The notes under the pieces were generated by a model, which had not been told where the DNA came from, did no database searches, and saw nothing but the letters and a program-made list of their open reading frames with translations. This document shows positions 47,540-61,300 of a DNA stretch of 64,000 nt, one piece after another. Numbering within the stretch: position 1 is the first letter of the stretch; every line of letters begins with the position of its first letter. Source of the stretch: Macrostomum hystrix (Eukaryota > Animalia > Platyhelminthes); assembly GCA_950097015.1 (NCBI GenBank), contig CATNEN010000038.1, forward strand, positions 23,560,001 to 23,624,000. Direction: 5' to 3'. Made by a program: the position numbers and the translations under genes.

Positions 47540-50500
47540 ATGCCGCATCGCAATATCAATCAGATGACAACGCCTGCAGCCGCCAACAGCAGTCAGCTCC
47601 AGTTTGAGTCCTGCTCAGCAAACAGTCCGTATAGTCTACCCCAGAGACTGCTATTTGCCATCCTGGGTTCGGCTCTGGCTGGCTACGTGACGCTTGTCAA
47701 CGCCGGCATCTTCGGCGTGTTCCTGCGTGATCGCTCAGTTCATCGAGTACCCGGACACGTCTTAATCGTCGGCCTGATGGTCAGTAGCGATGTACTAGTC
47801 GGCCTACTGGCCCTACCCGGCTATCTATTAAGAACCCTCTGCGGCGGTTGGCCATTGCCGAAGTGGTCCTGCGATCTGTGGATCACCGTCGACTACATCA
47901 GCACCAACGTGGGCATGTTGAGCGTCACGACTGTGGCCTTCGACAGGTTTCTGGCCACGAATTTTGTATTCCTGCACAAACGCTGGATGCACCGGGCCAA
48001 TCAGGTCCGCCTGTGTGCGGCTGTCTGGATCGTCACCTCGCTGCGCTGTGTTGCCACGTTTCCATTGTGGGCCGTACTGTCGGGGTATCGATCCAGGGAA
48101 CCGTACGGCGAGTGCGGTCACCCGATCTACGGGGACACAGCTGCCGGCATCGCCCACCGCACGGTGGCACTGTACATCCCCATAGTTCTGCTAGTATTCT
48201 TCTATGGCGCTGTTGTCTTCCGCATTTTGAAGTCGTCGAGAGCGTTCGGCAATGCGAATGCGGTGAGATTAACTAACGAGATGAAAGAAGCGTGCATGAT
48301 GTAGCGAACAAAGATAAGCATTTGATGTGCACTCAAGCTAAAGTCTGTGTACAGCTGTTCAGTCCATGGACTGGGTTTGAAACAGATCAGGATAAAATTT
48401 GGCTATCAGAGATTTTAATGATCCCGAAATAGACATCCTTAACATCATTCTCAGCCTACCATTCTCTGTATTATTGTTCTCAGCCTACCTTTCTCTGTAT
48501 TATTGTTCTCTGTCTACCTTTCGCTGAGCCTAGCTCAGACTGTCTACCTTTCGCTGAACCTAGCTCAGACTGTCTACCTTTCGCTGAACCTAGCTCAGAC
48601 TGTCTACCTTTCGCTCTGCCTACATTTCTTCTTATTCTTCCATTTCGGGCGCGCTCGGTAAAAAGGCCGGCCCCCTCCGGGTTAGGGCCCCACAGGCGGC
48701 AGCGAGGAGCAGTCAGGGCAGGGAAGTTAATGAGCAGGTGTACGGCCATCTCCTCGCCCTGGCCACAGAGGCGGCAGTTGGTTGAAATATTAACGCCCAT
48801 GGTGACCTGAAAGCCTCGCAAAGACGGGCAGCGGTCGAGTAGAGTAGAGTTGGCAGAGTAGCCGCTCTTGTCGCCGAGTGAGCTCCTTCGCCGGCGGCGG
48901 TGGAAAGCGGCCCGCGGTGCAGGCAGACCTCTCTCTGCCTACCTCTCTGCCTACCTCTCTGCCTGCCTCTCTGCCTACCTCTCACTGCCTACCTCTCTCT
49001 GCCTACCTCTCTCTGCCTACCTCTCTGCCTGCCTCTCTCTGCCTACCTCTCTCTGCCTACCTCTCTCTACCTACCTCTCTCTGCCTACCTCTCTCTGCCT
49101 ACCTCTCTCTGCCTACCTCTCTGCCTGCCTCTCTCTGCCTACCTCTCTCTGCCTACCTCTCTGCCTACCTCTCTCTGCCTACCTCTCTCTGCCTACCTCT
49201 CTCTGCCTGCCTCTCTCTGCCTACCTCTCTCTACCTACCTCTCTCTGCCTACCTCTCTCTGCCTACCTCTCTGCCTGCCTCTCTCTGCCTACCTCTCTCT
49301 GCCTACCTCTCTGCCTACCTCTCTCTGCCTACCTCTGTCTGCCTACCTCTCTCTGCCTACCTCTCTCTGCCTACCTCTCTCTGCCTACCTCTGTCTGCCT
49401 ACCTCTCTCTACCTACCTCTCTCTGCCTACCTCTCTCTGCCCACCTCTCTCTACCTATACCTCTCTCTGCTTATCGCTCTCACTACCTATCTTGTTCAAA
49501 TCAGTCTCTCTATTTCTAATTTAAGTTGTCTGTAGTAGGTAAACTTTAAAATTAAGATTTAGAAGAAATATAATTCTCGATTAGTGAAAAATTGGTATAT
49601 TAGGAGTATCATTAACGTTTTATCGCTAAAAGAAATATAAAATATATAAAGATTTAATTGTTCCTCCAAACAATAGTGCGTATCAAGAAAAAATGATTTT
49701 GAGTACATTATTTTTTATGGTAAAGGTTAGACTTCTCAGTGACGAGAGATAAATAAGCTTGTACTACAGATGTACCATAAGCATAGAATTCTCAAGCTAA
49801 TAAAACACTCATACAGACAAATTTACAATGCAATAACGTTGATCAAAATTTGCCACTTTAATTAACAAGAAGACAATATTCATTAACTATTGTATCTTTT
49901 GTAATCTTAATTAACAGTTTGCTGTTTACGGGAAAAAGTTAATGACTTTTGGGGGTATAAAGTTGATTAGGACCACCTGTGGTGAATGAAATAATGGAGG
50001 CAGAGTTTTAATACCTGTCCATTTTTTAATCTAGCACGGCCAAGATAGACTAAATAAGCAGATCATTTGTCCATAGACATGACTGATTCGCTATCCAGGG
50101 CAATGATTAGCAAAATAAAAGAAGACCTAACAAAGGAGACTTGTTAGTCTGGGCTTTCGTGAGTTCTTTGAATTGCGTTTTCTACTCACAAATTGAAAGG
50201 TGCTCAAAGACGCGAAATGCAATGAGCTCAAAAGTTGCCGAAATCAGAAAAAGGCTTCGTTTAAAAACTTCATAAAAGTGTTTCTCCAAGGGGCAAAATT
50301 TCACCTGTACTTTTTGATCCGCGCACTTTGCTCCAGAATTCAGTAACGATTGGATTGGATATAAGTATCGGGCTAAAAAACTGCCGAGGGCCGGTACTCA
50401 GACAACCGCGGATACCGTGGCTGTACATAGACATACACACAGATACCGTAGCTGTACACAGACAACCGCGGATACCGTGGCTGTACATAGACATACACAC

Positions 50501-52434
50501 AGATACCGTGGCTGTACACAGACAACCGCGGATACCGTGGCTGTAATCAGACAACCGCGGATACCGTGGCTGTACTCAGACATACACACAGATACCGTAG
50601 CTGTACACAGACAACCGCGGATACCGTAGCTGTACACAGACACACGGATACCGTAGCTGTACACAGACAACCGCGGATACCGTAGCTGTACACAGAAACA
50701 CGGATACCGTAGCTGTACATAGACAACCGCGGATACCGTAGCTGTACACAGACAACCTCGGATACCGTGGCTGTACACAGACATACACACGGATACCGTA
50801 GCTGTACACAGAAACACGGATACCGTAGCTGTACACAGACAACTGCGGATACAGTGGCTGTACACAGACATACACACGGATACCGTATCTGTACACAGAC
50901 ATACACACGGATACCGTAGCTGTACACAGAAACACGGATACCGTAGCTGTACACAGAAACACGGATACCGTAGCTGTACACAGACAACTGCGGATACAGT
51001 GGCTGTACACAGACATACACACGGATACCGTAGCTGTACACAGACATACACACGGATACCATAGCTGTACACAGACATACACACGGATACCATAGCTGTA
51101 CACAGACATACACACGGATACCATAGCTGTACACAGACATACACACGGATACCGTAGCTGTACACAGACATACACACGGATACCGTAGCTGTACACAGAC
51201 ATACACACGGATACCGTAGCTGTACACAGACATACACACGGATACCGTAGCTGTACACAGACATACACACGGATACCGTAGCTGTACACAGACTCAATAA
51301 TTACTCTAAACTCTATACTCTGTGTAATACTTTATGACGAATCTATATTGTTTCACAAAATGCAAAAATGACGTATGTAATTTTTATTATTTTTATGTTA
51401 CCATATAAAATATTTTAATATTTGTAGCTACAATAGGTGTTGTAGGTCTTGAAGGTCGGTGGTTCGATTCCCGACTCCACTAGAATAATAGTCCAATTAT
51501 ACTTCAGTAAGGATGATTAATTCTGCGTTGCTTCAGTTCAATAAATGGGTACACGCATCAGCTGGGGTAATTAAGGGTGGGTGTGGCGTCACCCCGGTCC
51601 ATGGACTGAACAGCCGTACGCAGCCTTCAGATGCGTCGCGCAATAGCTGCGGCTGTGTTGTCGGCTGCACATCTGACTCAATTGGGGCAGGTGTTAATCA
51701 ATTAATATTAGGTATACTAACCTAAATAGGGTACACAAAAAAAACAGTTTTTCTCGTCAATACGCTCGTATATTCTAATCGTACCAATTATTGAAATCCC
51801 AAGCCGACCTCATCAACCCCAGGCCAGGCAAGGCAGCCAAGCCAGGACGCATCAATGCCGTAGTCCAATGTCTCAGCATCATCAGCAAGAAGACACCATC
51901 GGCGCCAACGACAGCTGCGGCCAGCAGGCCGACGCGGCCTCCCAATCGTTGATGACGCAGGCCACAGGCAGCAGCGGCGGCGGCAGCGGCCTATCCCGTC
52001 AGCACGGCGGTCGTCGAAGTTCAACATTGGCTAGCAGGCTAGTGAAATCTTTCCGCATGGTGACCTGCGTGCTGACGTCATTCCTGCTAACTAACATGCC
52101 TTGGCAGGTGGTGGAGAACATGATTGTCACCGGGGCTACCACTGTACGCAGCACTGACTCCCTGTACGTCCTGTTCTGGATTCTCAGCTACATGAACGCC
52201 TTCTTGAATCCATTATTCTACTGCTTCATGAACAAGGCTTACAGACTGGCCCTGATGCGTCGACTGCGCTGCCAGACTGCTGGCCAATCTGCCTTTCAGC
52301 AACAGCAGCAGCATCGGCATCAGCAGCAGCGTCAGCATCTGCAGCTGCACCAGCAGAGTAGCAGTGGTGTCACAGCGGGCCTGCAGCAGCACCGGCGATC
52401 TAGGATGCTGCTGGCTAGAGGCTCTGCTCCGTGA
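47540..52434 (+). CDS. Class A aminergic-type GPCR (muscarinic/histamine receptor-like), 2 exons, about 444 aa
   Basis: Exon 47540-48262 encodes TM1-5 (CDLWITVDY with D3.32, AFDRF, LYIP; donor GTGAGA). Exon 51823-52434 encodes ICL3 and TM6-7 (FLLTNMPW, NAFLNPLFY). The junction is phase 0. The start could also be ATG 47564. Confidence 0.87.
48640..48925 (-). pseudogene. Decayed 3' fragment of a non-LTR retrotransposon ORF2 (CCHC knuckle)
   Basis: CRLCGQGEEMAVHLLINFPAL resembles the CxxC..ET..HL..CPAL C-terminal knuckle of LINE ORF2. GC-rich island. Confidence 0.55.
48928..49470. repeat. (CTCTCTGCCTAC)-type pyrimidine repeat
   Basis: GPCR intron. Confidence 0.93.
50395..51292. repeat. ~27-31-bp minisatellite (CAGACATACACACGGATACCGTAGCTGTACA)n
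   Basis: GPCR intron. Confidence 0.93.
51447..51710 (+). mobile_element. CORE-like SINE family 1, 5'-eroded, in the GPCR intron
   Basis: GAAGGTCGGTGGTTCGATTCCCGACTCCAC followed by the same 3' body as 31294-31590. Confidence 0.8.
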
Positions 52435-52489
52435 AATTCGAGGACCGATGTCGACGTCCCACTAGTTTCTTGTTAATTAAACTGTTTCT

Positions 52490-52850
52490 GCATAGCCCAC
52501 CTCCACTCTCTAACCCTACTCAACATAGCCCCATCACCTCCACTCTATAACCCCCACTCCGCATAGCCACCTCACCTCCACTCTCTAGCCCCCGCATAGC
52601 CACCTCACCTCCACTCTCTAGCCCCCGCATAGCCACCTCACCTCCACTCTCTAGCCCCCGCATAGCCACCTCACCTCCACTCTCTAGCCCCCGCATAGCC
52701 ACCTCACCTCCACTCTCTAGCCCCCGCATAGCCACCTCACCTCCACTCTCTAGCCCCCGCATAGCCACCTTACCTCCATTCTCTAAACCCCAATCCGCTT
52801 AGCCATCTCACCTTCACTCTGTAACCACCACTGCACATAGCCAAATTACC
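52490..52850. repeat. 33-bp repeat (GCATAGCCACCTCACCTCCACTCTCTAGCCCCC)n
   Basis: Downstream of the GPCR stop. Confidence 0.9.
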
Positions 52851-53493
52851 TCCAATTTCTAACCCCCTTCGCGCAGCCACCCCCTCCAATGACTACACAC
52901 AACTCCGCAAAGCAACCTCGCCTTCCACACTCTATCCCTCTCCACTCAGCTAACCCACCTCCACATGGGTTAGCAGACCGAAACCAAAATAACCATATGT
53001 ACTGTGTACATACGTACAGTACAGTATAATAACCAATTTGAAGATGAAACTGCACGACACAACCAAATTCGACATGATCTCATTTGTTGTGCTTGTGTTT
53101 TATGTTGCTTTAATTTCTTATGGATTCCTGCTTTTAGTTGACTACATCGAATTATGCAATAAAGGTAAGGGATTGTAGTTCTAATATACCACTTTAATTA
53201 AAAATCCTTTAATGCAACCCTGTACACATCTGCAGCACTACGGATGAGTGTACCTTAATTGGAATCATGTTTATATACAATGATAATTGCTGTAAAATGA
53301 AAACTCTAAGCTTCTCACTCATACGTTTTCGCCCACTATTAATTTAGTCTATTTTGGCACTAAACTAACAATGTAATTTTTTACTAATATGGTGATTAAT
53401 AAATTTTACGATTTGAAATTTTCTCTGAAAGCAAATTTATTTTCTCCTTTCATGTGAAGCTAATTTCATTCTATATCCCTTTAGAACACTACC

Positions 53494-53628
53494 GGTGATT
53501 CACTGATAATTCAGTGTAACAGCACAGGTGATTCACTGCCCCAGTGTAACAGCACAGGTGATTCACTACCCCAGTGTAATAGCACAGGTGATTCACTACC
53601 CCAGTGTAACAGCACAGGTGAGTCACTG
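53494..53628. repeat. 30-bp repeat (CAGTGTAACAGCACAGGTGATTCACTACCC), about 4.5 copies
   Basis: Direct periodicity. Confidence 0.85.
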
Positions 53629-53892
53629 GCTAGCCTCCCCGGATAAGATTTATTCTACTAATAGTAGTCAATAAGTAAAAAAAATGCTTTTTAGCAAAAA
53701 AATAATTAATTAAACTGCGAATAAAGTCTCATCATTTCATCATTTCTCAAAGTTTCATCATTTCTGTTCAAAAAAGCCAAAGCGAATAACTAATCAAGGC
53801 TTTAAAGTTTATTATCAAGATAAAATGCGTCTCATGCAAAAATAGCTGAATAAAGGCTATTTAGTTTGGTTGTCATGACAACAGGGCCGTGT

Positions 53893-55063
53893 GGGAGAGT
53901 AGGTGAAAGATTTGGAGAGTAGGTGAGAATGGGAGGGTAGGTGAGAGAATGGTAGAGTAGGTGAGAGAATGGGAGTAGGTGAGAGAATGGGAGAGTAGGT
54001 GAGAGAATGGGAGAGTAGGTGAGAGAATGGGAGAGTAGGTGAGAGAATGGGAGAGTAGGTGAGAGAATGGGAGAGTAGGTGAGAGAATGGGAGAGTAGGT
54101 GAGAGAATGGGAGAGTAGGTGAGAGAATGGGAGAGTAGGTGAGAGAATGGTAGAGTAGGTGAGAGAATGGGAGTAGGTGAGAGAATGGGAGAGTAGGTGA
54201 GAGAATGGGAGAGTAGGTGAGAGAATGGGAGAGTAGGTGAGAGAATGGGAGAGTAGGTGAGAGAATGGGAGAGTAGGTGAGAGAATGGGAGAGTAGGTGA
54301 GAGAATGAGAGAGTAGGTGAGAGAATGGGAGAGTAGGTGAGAGAATGGGAGAGTAGGTGAGAGAATGGGAGAGTAGGTGAGAGAATGGGAGAGTAGGTGA
54401 GAGAATGAGAGAGTAGGTGAGAGAATTGTAGAGTAGGTGAGAGAATGGGAGTAGGTGAGAGAATGGGAGAGTAGGTGAGAGAATGGGAGAGTAGGTGAGA
54501 GAATGGGAGAGTAGGTGAGAGAATGGGAGAGTAGGTGAGAGAATGGGAGAGTAGGTGAGAGAATGGGAGATTAGATGAGAGAATGGGAGAGTAGGTGAGA
54601 GAATGGGAGATTAGATGAGAGAATGGGAGATTAGATGAGAGAATGGTAGAGTAGGTGAGAGAATGGGAGAGTAGGTGAGAGAATGGGAGAGTAGGTGAGA
54701 GAATGGGAGAGTAGGTGAGAGAATGGGAGAGTAGGTGAGAGAATGGGAGAGTAGGTGAGAGAATGGGAGAGTAGGTGAGAGAATGGGAGAGTAGGTGAGA
54801 GAATGGGAGAGTAGGTGAGAGAATGGGAGAGTAGGTGAGAGAATGGGAGAGTAGGTGAGAGAATGGGAGAGTAGGTGAGAGAATGGGAGAGTACGTGAGA
54901 GAATGGGAGAGTAGGTGAGAGAATGGGAGAGTAGGTGAGAGAATGGGAGATTAGATGAGAGAATAGGAGAGTAGGTGAGAGAATGGGAGATTAGATGAGA
55001 GAATGGGAGATTAGATGAGAGAATGGTAGAGTAGGTGAGAGAATGGGAGATTAGATGAGAGAG
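53893..55063. repeat. 20-bp purine satellite (GAGAGAATGGGAGAGTAGGT)n
   Basis: Between the convergent GPCR and POLR3E genes. Confidence 0.96.
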
Positions 55064-55066
55064 CTA

Positions 55067-55297
55067 TTTACTATGGCAATAAGAGTTATTTTTTGGTTGC
55101 TATGGCAACAAAAAACCAGAGATGGTAACAATTCACTATAGAAGTTAAGTGTTTAGTTGCTATGACAACAAAGATTAACAGTTTAAAATTTGCATCTAAA
55201 TTTTGCTCCAGAATTTGGTCGCCAGGGCAACTAAGCTGCTCAATTTGCTTGATTTGAGAACATCGGAATGCTTTAGTCTACTCGTTGCCATGGTAGC
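55067..55297. promoter_or_regulatory. Cluster of RFX X-box-like palindromes
   Basis: GTTGCTATGGCAAC 55096-55109, GTTGCTATGACAAC 55156-55169, GTCGCCAGGGCAAC 55218-55231, GTTGCCATGGTAGC 55284-55297. Confidence 0.35.
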
Positions 55298-55314
55298 ACA
55301 CGGGTTTAAAGCGT

Positions 55315-58300
55315 TTAAGGCCCATGCTGATAGCCCTTGGCGTAATAAGCTTTTCCTCGAAATACGCAATAATCTCGGACCAGGTTTTTTAGCGCGGCCT
55401 CGCTCAGAGGCTCAAGTTGAGCAGACTCAAATCTGGTCCTCAGCTGGGCTAGAGTCACCTGGGCATTGCCGGATTTCAAAGCGGCCAACAATTCCCTGCG
55501 ATGCCCCGAGTGAGTCTGGCCAGTGTCTGAGGAATTGTAAGCATACAATCGACAGCCACTGGCGCCCTGCAGAATGACAAGATTTGCTGACTCTGCTGCA
55601 GAGTCGAACAGTAGCCGACAGGCCTCCTCGGATACAGGCAGCGCGGGGGCTGACGTCGACTCCGACCACGCGCCGGATGATGATTCAGCAACAACTGGCT
55701 GCATGACTTCGGCGCGATAGAAGCGAATGAGCTCTTCTAGGCCCGCGACCATGCGATCCTAAAAATAGCACAAGCGATTTTGTAATTTAGGGTCCCAGAT
55801 CCTAGATTCCAGATCCCAGATCCTAGATCCCAGATCCTAGATCCCAGATCCTAGATCCCAGATCCTAGATCCCAGATCCTAGATCTCAGATCCTAGATCT
55901 CAGATCCTAGATCTCCGATCCTAGATTTTAGATCTTAGATTCTAGATCCTAGATTCCAGATCTCAGATCCTAGATTCCAGATCCTAGATTCCAGATCCTA
56001 GATTCCAGATCCTAAATCCCAGATCCTAGATCTCAGATCCTAGATCTCAGATCCTAGATCTCAGATCCTAGATCTCAGATCCTAGATTTTAGATCCTAGA
56101 TTCTAGATCCTAGATTCCAGATCTCAGATCCTAGATTCCAGATCCTAGATTCCAGATCCTAGATTCCAGATCCTAGATTCCAGATCCTAGATCCCAGATC
56201 CTAGATACCAGATCCCAGATTTCAAATTGAGACTGACCTGCAGTTTTGTGAGCAAGAATGCTCGAATGCTCAACTCCAATTTACTTGAATTTCTATAAGC
56301 TGATGATAAAGATTCAGCGATGGCGCTTCGATCGTCAGACTGTTTAGGCGTTAATAGCCGACCAACACTCGGGCTAGGACTTCGGCTGCGATCAGCGCCT
56401 GGCGGAGGTGGTTGCTGACCAGCGGAGCCAACGGACGAGCCGTCGGCACCGTCGCACATAGACACGCAATGTCGCCTAGAATAGAGTCGCCTGCTACCAC
56501 GGCCGCCTCTAGTCGGACTGTTCTGCCTTCGCCCGGAAGCTGTGGACGAAGCCGCCGACGATGACAGCGACGAATCGGAGACAACCTCCGAGCTAGTCGA
56601 ATAGCGTGCCGACCTAGTCCGCGACCGGCGCCTGGCCGCCGCGGCACTGGCCGGATCCAGCGATATCGAAGCAGTGCGAAACGGCCTAGAAGCTTTGTCC
56701 AGCTTCAACTGCTCCGAAATCAACTTCCATTTGGCCTCCCAGTAGTAGCGAGCCTGCCAAGTAAAATATTGTTTTAGGTTAATTACCAGGTGAATCTGAC
56801 ACCTAATTGTCTGTAAACTAGGTCAGAAGGCGAGACTTGCGCGAGAACCGAGAAAACACGAGGTGACTAAAGCCTCAAGTGAGCGACTTTATATTTGGCT
56901 ATGTACACCAGAGAATGTACATCGCATTGCACAATTTACGAAGCCAACTTACGACGCGATGCGAGAATGAATCACCGCACACCTTACATGTCTATTGACA
57001 CCTGAATCCTACAATCTGACAACTGAATCCTACAATCTGACACCTGAATCCTACAATCTGACACCTGAATCCTACAATCTGACACCTGAATCCTACAATC
57101 TGACAACTGAATCCTACAATCTGACACTTGAATCCTACAATCTGACACCCGAATCCTACAATCTGACACCTGAATCCTACAATCTGACACCTGAATCCTA
57201 CAATCTGACACTTGAATCCTAGAATCTGACACCTGAATCCTAGAATCTGACACCTGAATCCTACAATCTGACACCTGAATCCTACAATCTGACACTTGAA
57301 TCCTAGAATCTGACACCTGAATCCTACAATCTGACACCTGAATCCTACAATCTGACACCTGAATCCTACAATCTGACACCTGAATCCTACAATCTGACAC
57401 CTGAATCCTATAATCTGACTCCTTAAAAAGCTCATAGAAAGTTACCCTTTTAACAATGTCAGGATTTCGTCTAGTATATTCGGTGTCTTCGTCCATAACA
57501 AATGCCAGGCGCATCTTTGGAGCTCGTTGCTGCTGCTGATGCTGATGATGGTGATGGTGGTGATGCGCTGAGTCGCCTGTGGGTCGAACAACCCGAGAAA
57601 TTCTAGCCAAAATCTGCGAAATCTCTTCGCTCGGCATTTTGACAAGCGAGGCAACCTCTTTGCGCGTGACGGTGCGGCCTTGAACAAACCGGCACAGGAT
57701 GTAGTCTCGGCCGCGACAGAGCACCTCCGCCGGAACGCCGCTGTACATGCTGACGGTACCAGCCGGGTAGAGAATCTCCGACTTCACAACCCACTGGCCG
57801 TGAACTAGGCAGGCAAGTTCGGCTAGGTGGCCGTGAATCTAAAACAAAAATGTATGAAAATTCAATAAATAATTCAAAGTTGCGCCAATGTTAGTAATAG
57901 TCTACTACTAGTAAAAATGAACGAATATACGCATAAAAAAATAAGACGATGAAAAAATGTTGCGCAATTAAAATATTATTGCAAAAAAAACTAAATTAGA
58001 AGTTTAAAAAACGAGACTGACCTGAGGCAACGATTCGGTTAACTGGGCATGGGTCATACCGCACTGCTTTAGTAGGTCAACCAGCTGGGTCCATCGAAGC
58101 ACGCAGGCGCTTTTAAATAGCGCTCTCAATCTCTCGTCGCATGGCATCGCTTTTAAACGAGCCAGGGAGACTGACGGCGCGCCGCGGTCGGCCACAGAAG
58201 CGGCGTGGTCGTCCGCGGCTGACACAGTCGATACTGGCGGACACAGGCGGCGGAGGTAGTGCTCAACACTGCCGCCAGCTGAACGATGGACAGATTGAGA

Positions 58301-61300
58301 CGGGTGACGGAAATTTCAATCGAAGCATTAAAAAAGATAAATAAATAAACGACGACTAGGAGTAGGACCAATACCTACGCTTCTTGGAAATAGTTTACCC
58401 GACTGAGTGTAATCGTAGGCGAATCAAATAGTTCGATATTGGTTTACTTATAAGTAGCTTCGTCGCTTCTGCAAAGCTTTATTTGCGTAATAATAATAAT
58501 TGATTACACATGCTCCAATCGGGCCAGATGTGCAGCCGACATCACAGAAGCAGCAATTGCGCAGCGCATCTGATGGCTGCGTACAACTGTTCAGTCCATG
58601 GACTGGGGGACGCCACAAACCCACCCTCAATTATCCCAGCTGATGCTGGTATCCAATTAACATCAGGGTGAACTGAAGCAATGCACAGTTAAGCGTCTTG
58701 CTAAAGGACACAAATTGTTCCAGTGGAGTCGGGAATCGAACCCCCGACCTTTAAGTTCTGAGTCAGACGCTCTTACAACATGGCTAAAACATCCTAAAAT
58801 GTGCCTAAAAATGCGTTTATTTTTAGAAACAATAAAACCACGGGCAAAAACAGGCCTTTCTAAGAAACACAGTTTCTTATAAAACTGCATATTTCTAGGC
58901 TCACCTTCATTGGCATAAGCCAAAATTTTACCGGCTTCTTTGCCAATTGTAGCAGACTCGATTTCAGTTTGGCCGTCGTCCGTTTCCATAGCAACCCTAG
59001 CCAACGCATCTGCGACGCCCATTAAAAACTCGTTGGAATTTCTATTTAAAGACGCGTCAACCTCGGATAGCCAGGTACACTTTAGCCAGGCTTCCTGTTC
59101 TAGAGCACGCTGACACACCCGATAGCTCTGCTCGCGACGCTGGCGCGCCTCCGGTGTCTCCTGTCGGGCGAAGCGCAGGGTGACAGCCTTTGCTGAGTCG
59201 GCCGCCTCCTCCGGCAATGGACCAACACCAGCGTCGGCAGTCTTCGAGTCCAAGTGTTCCAACACTGGCTGCATTGTTAAACGACCGCTAGATGGCACCG
59301 GGCAGATAGTCAATCGGTTGCTATGGAAACGAGCCACAGCGAAACAATTCTGCACCTGGCCTACACCAGTTTGCGCGCGAGGCAAAGATCGAAATAATTG
59401 GCGATCATACTGACCCCGTGGAAACTGTTCGGGAGCGTCGCGACTCAGGTCTTTGCCTCGATGCGGCTCATAGTTGGCCGACTTTGTATCCAATGAGATT
59501 GACAGCTCGGCCTGTAAATCATTTAACATCGAATGCCAAAAAAAGATTAGCTAGCAATTGTGATATCAAATAAAGTTATTCAAAAATTCATAAAAAGAAA
59601 ACAGTTAAACTTTATAATCATAGATTGAGGCCATGATAATATTGTAGATGACCTATTATAATTAAAGATTGTGGATAAAATTATAAGGAAATACAATTAA
59701 AGAACAGAAAGAATAATACAGAATAATTTACTTACATATTGAAACTTTGGCTTGTACTTGCATTCACTAATAGATGATGCCTTGATTGGATTCTCCTTTG
59801 GTCTATTGGGAAACTGGAATGTTGATAAAATTACAAAGTTGGCTTCAACAATATTTAATTTATATCACTCATAGATAGTTCTACCATGGCTATAGCAATT
59901 TTCTCTTTTAAAGACTATAGCTTAGACTTAGCTCAGTGTTTAAACTACAACTACAAATATGTTATTATTGAACGTGTTCTTTGAGATTTGACATTAATGG
60001 TTAATTAGTAGTTTATGCCTAAGTATTGAGTGAGCAGCTAGCACTTTAGTCATAGTAGGTCATAGTAGGCATGGACATGACTGACAAAGAAAAGTCAGGG
60101 CACATGTCTACGTCACTGTGTGCCTGAATTTACAGTATCCGCATGTGAGCATGTGCTCAGTAGCAGAATTTGTTCAGCTAAGTGGAATAAGAAGAATTGC
60201 TTCTTTATTGGCTACAGGTTAAATGTTATAAAACTAGGGTAATGTATCATCAACTGAAAAGTGTATCTTCAAAACCGAACAAGAATTTTGACTCCTTCCT
60301 TGGTTTTGTGCAAGACAGAAACAAGCTGTTGTATTTCACAGAACAACTATTTTGAATGTCAATGAAATTATTTACAAGCTAAGGCATGACATGCAATGAA
60401 GCATTAAAAGGAAAGAAAGATATGGCTGTTTCAGTAGAAATTTTTATCACAAAAGCATACTTTTTAACAGCATTTTTTCAGCATGTACTTTAGACTAAGA
60501 TTATATGTGGTTGCTTTCCAATTAAATTACCATAAATGTAGTTATTTATATAACATGAAAAATGCTTTCAAATGACATAATTCATGATAGATCACTCCTT
60601 AAAATAAGATTAAACCACTCACTCAAATTTTGAAACTGAACATCAAATTCTCTGTTTGGTTTGAAGATACATGAAAATCATTGTTTGGTTTTAGATGAAA
60701 AACATAAACAACTTTTTTCTATTTGACAAAATAGCAAAAGCAGATACTATTTAGAAAGACAAAACAGTTTCTATAACTTGGCTTTTGATTTATCATGATA
60801 TCTTAAATAGAAAATCTGTAGCTTAGGTTTGAAGTTAAAAAATGCATATTCTTGTTCAGTTGATGATACATTACCCTATCCATTTTTTGCAAATATCTTA
60901 AGGCCTCCTATAGATATAAACAAAATCATTTTTATTTCGTTTTTTACTTTATTTTAGAGGCAAGTCAGCTTGTTTACTTTTAAAATGTGAAGTATAGCAG
61001 ATACAAAATAAAAAATACTTACCTCAAACAAAAGTAGACTATCCATGAATTGTTTAGACAAGTAGACTGGCACCTGCATTTAAAGTAAATTTTGTTGGTT
61101 GTATAAAAGAATGACAATCTGAAGAGGAAGATTAAATTAAGAATAAGTTAATAGTTAGTTGGCGACAAAAAAAAATTATATTTAATACAAATAAATGCAT
61201 AACTATAACAGACATTTGGAAAACCTACAAAAGGCTATTGAAAAATCTAAGCTAGAAATCTGAATGGAAAACTGTTAATAAGCAAAATGAACTTGAGCAA

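Noticed and set aside
58663-58904. C-terminal extension of the 288-aa ORF
   Set aside because: Read-through past the GTGAGC donor into intron and SINE sequence.
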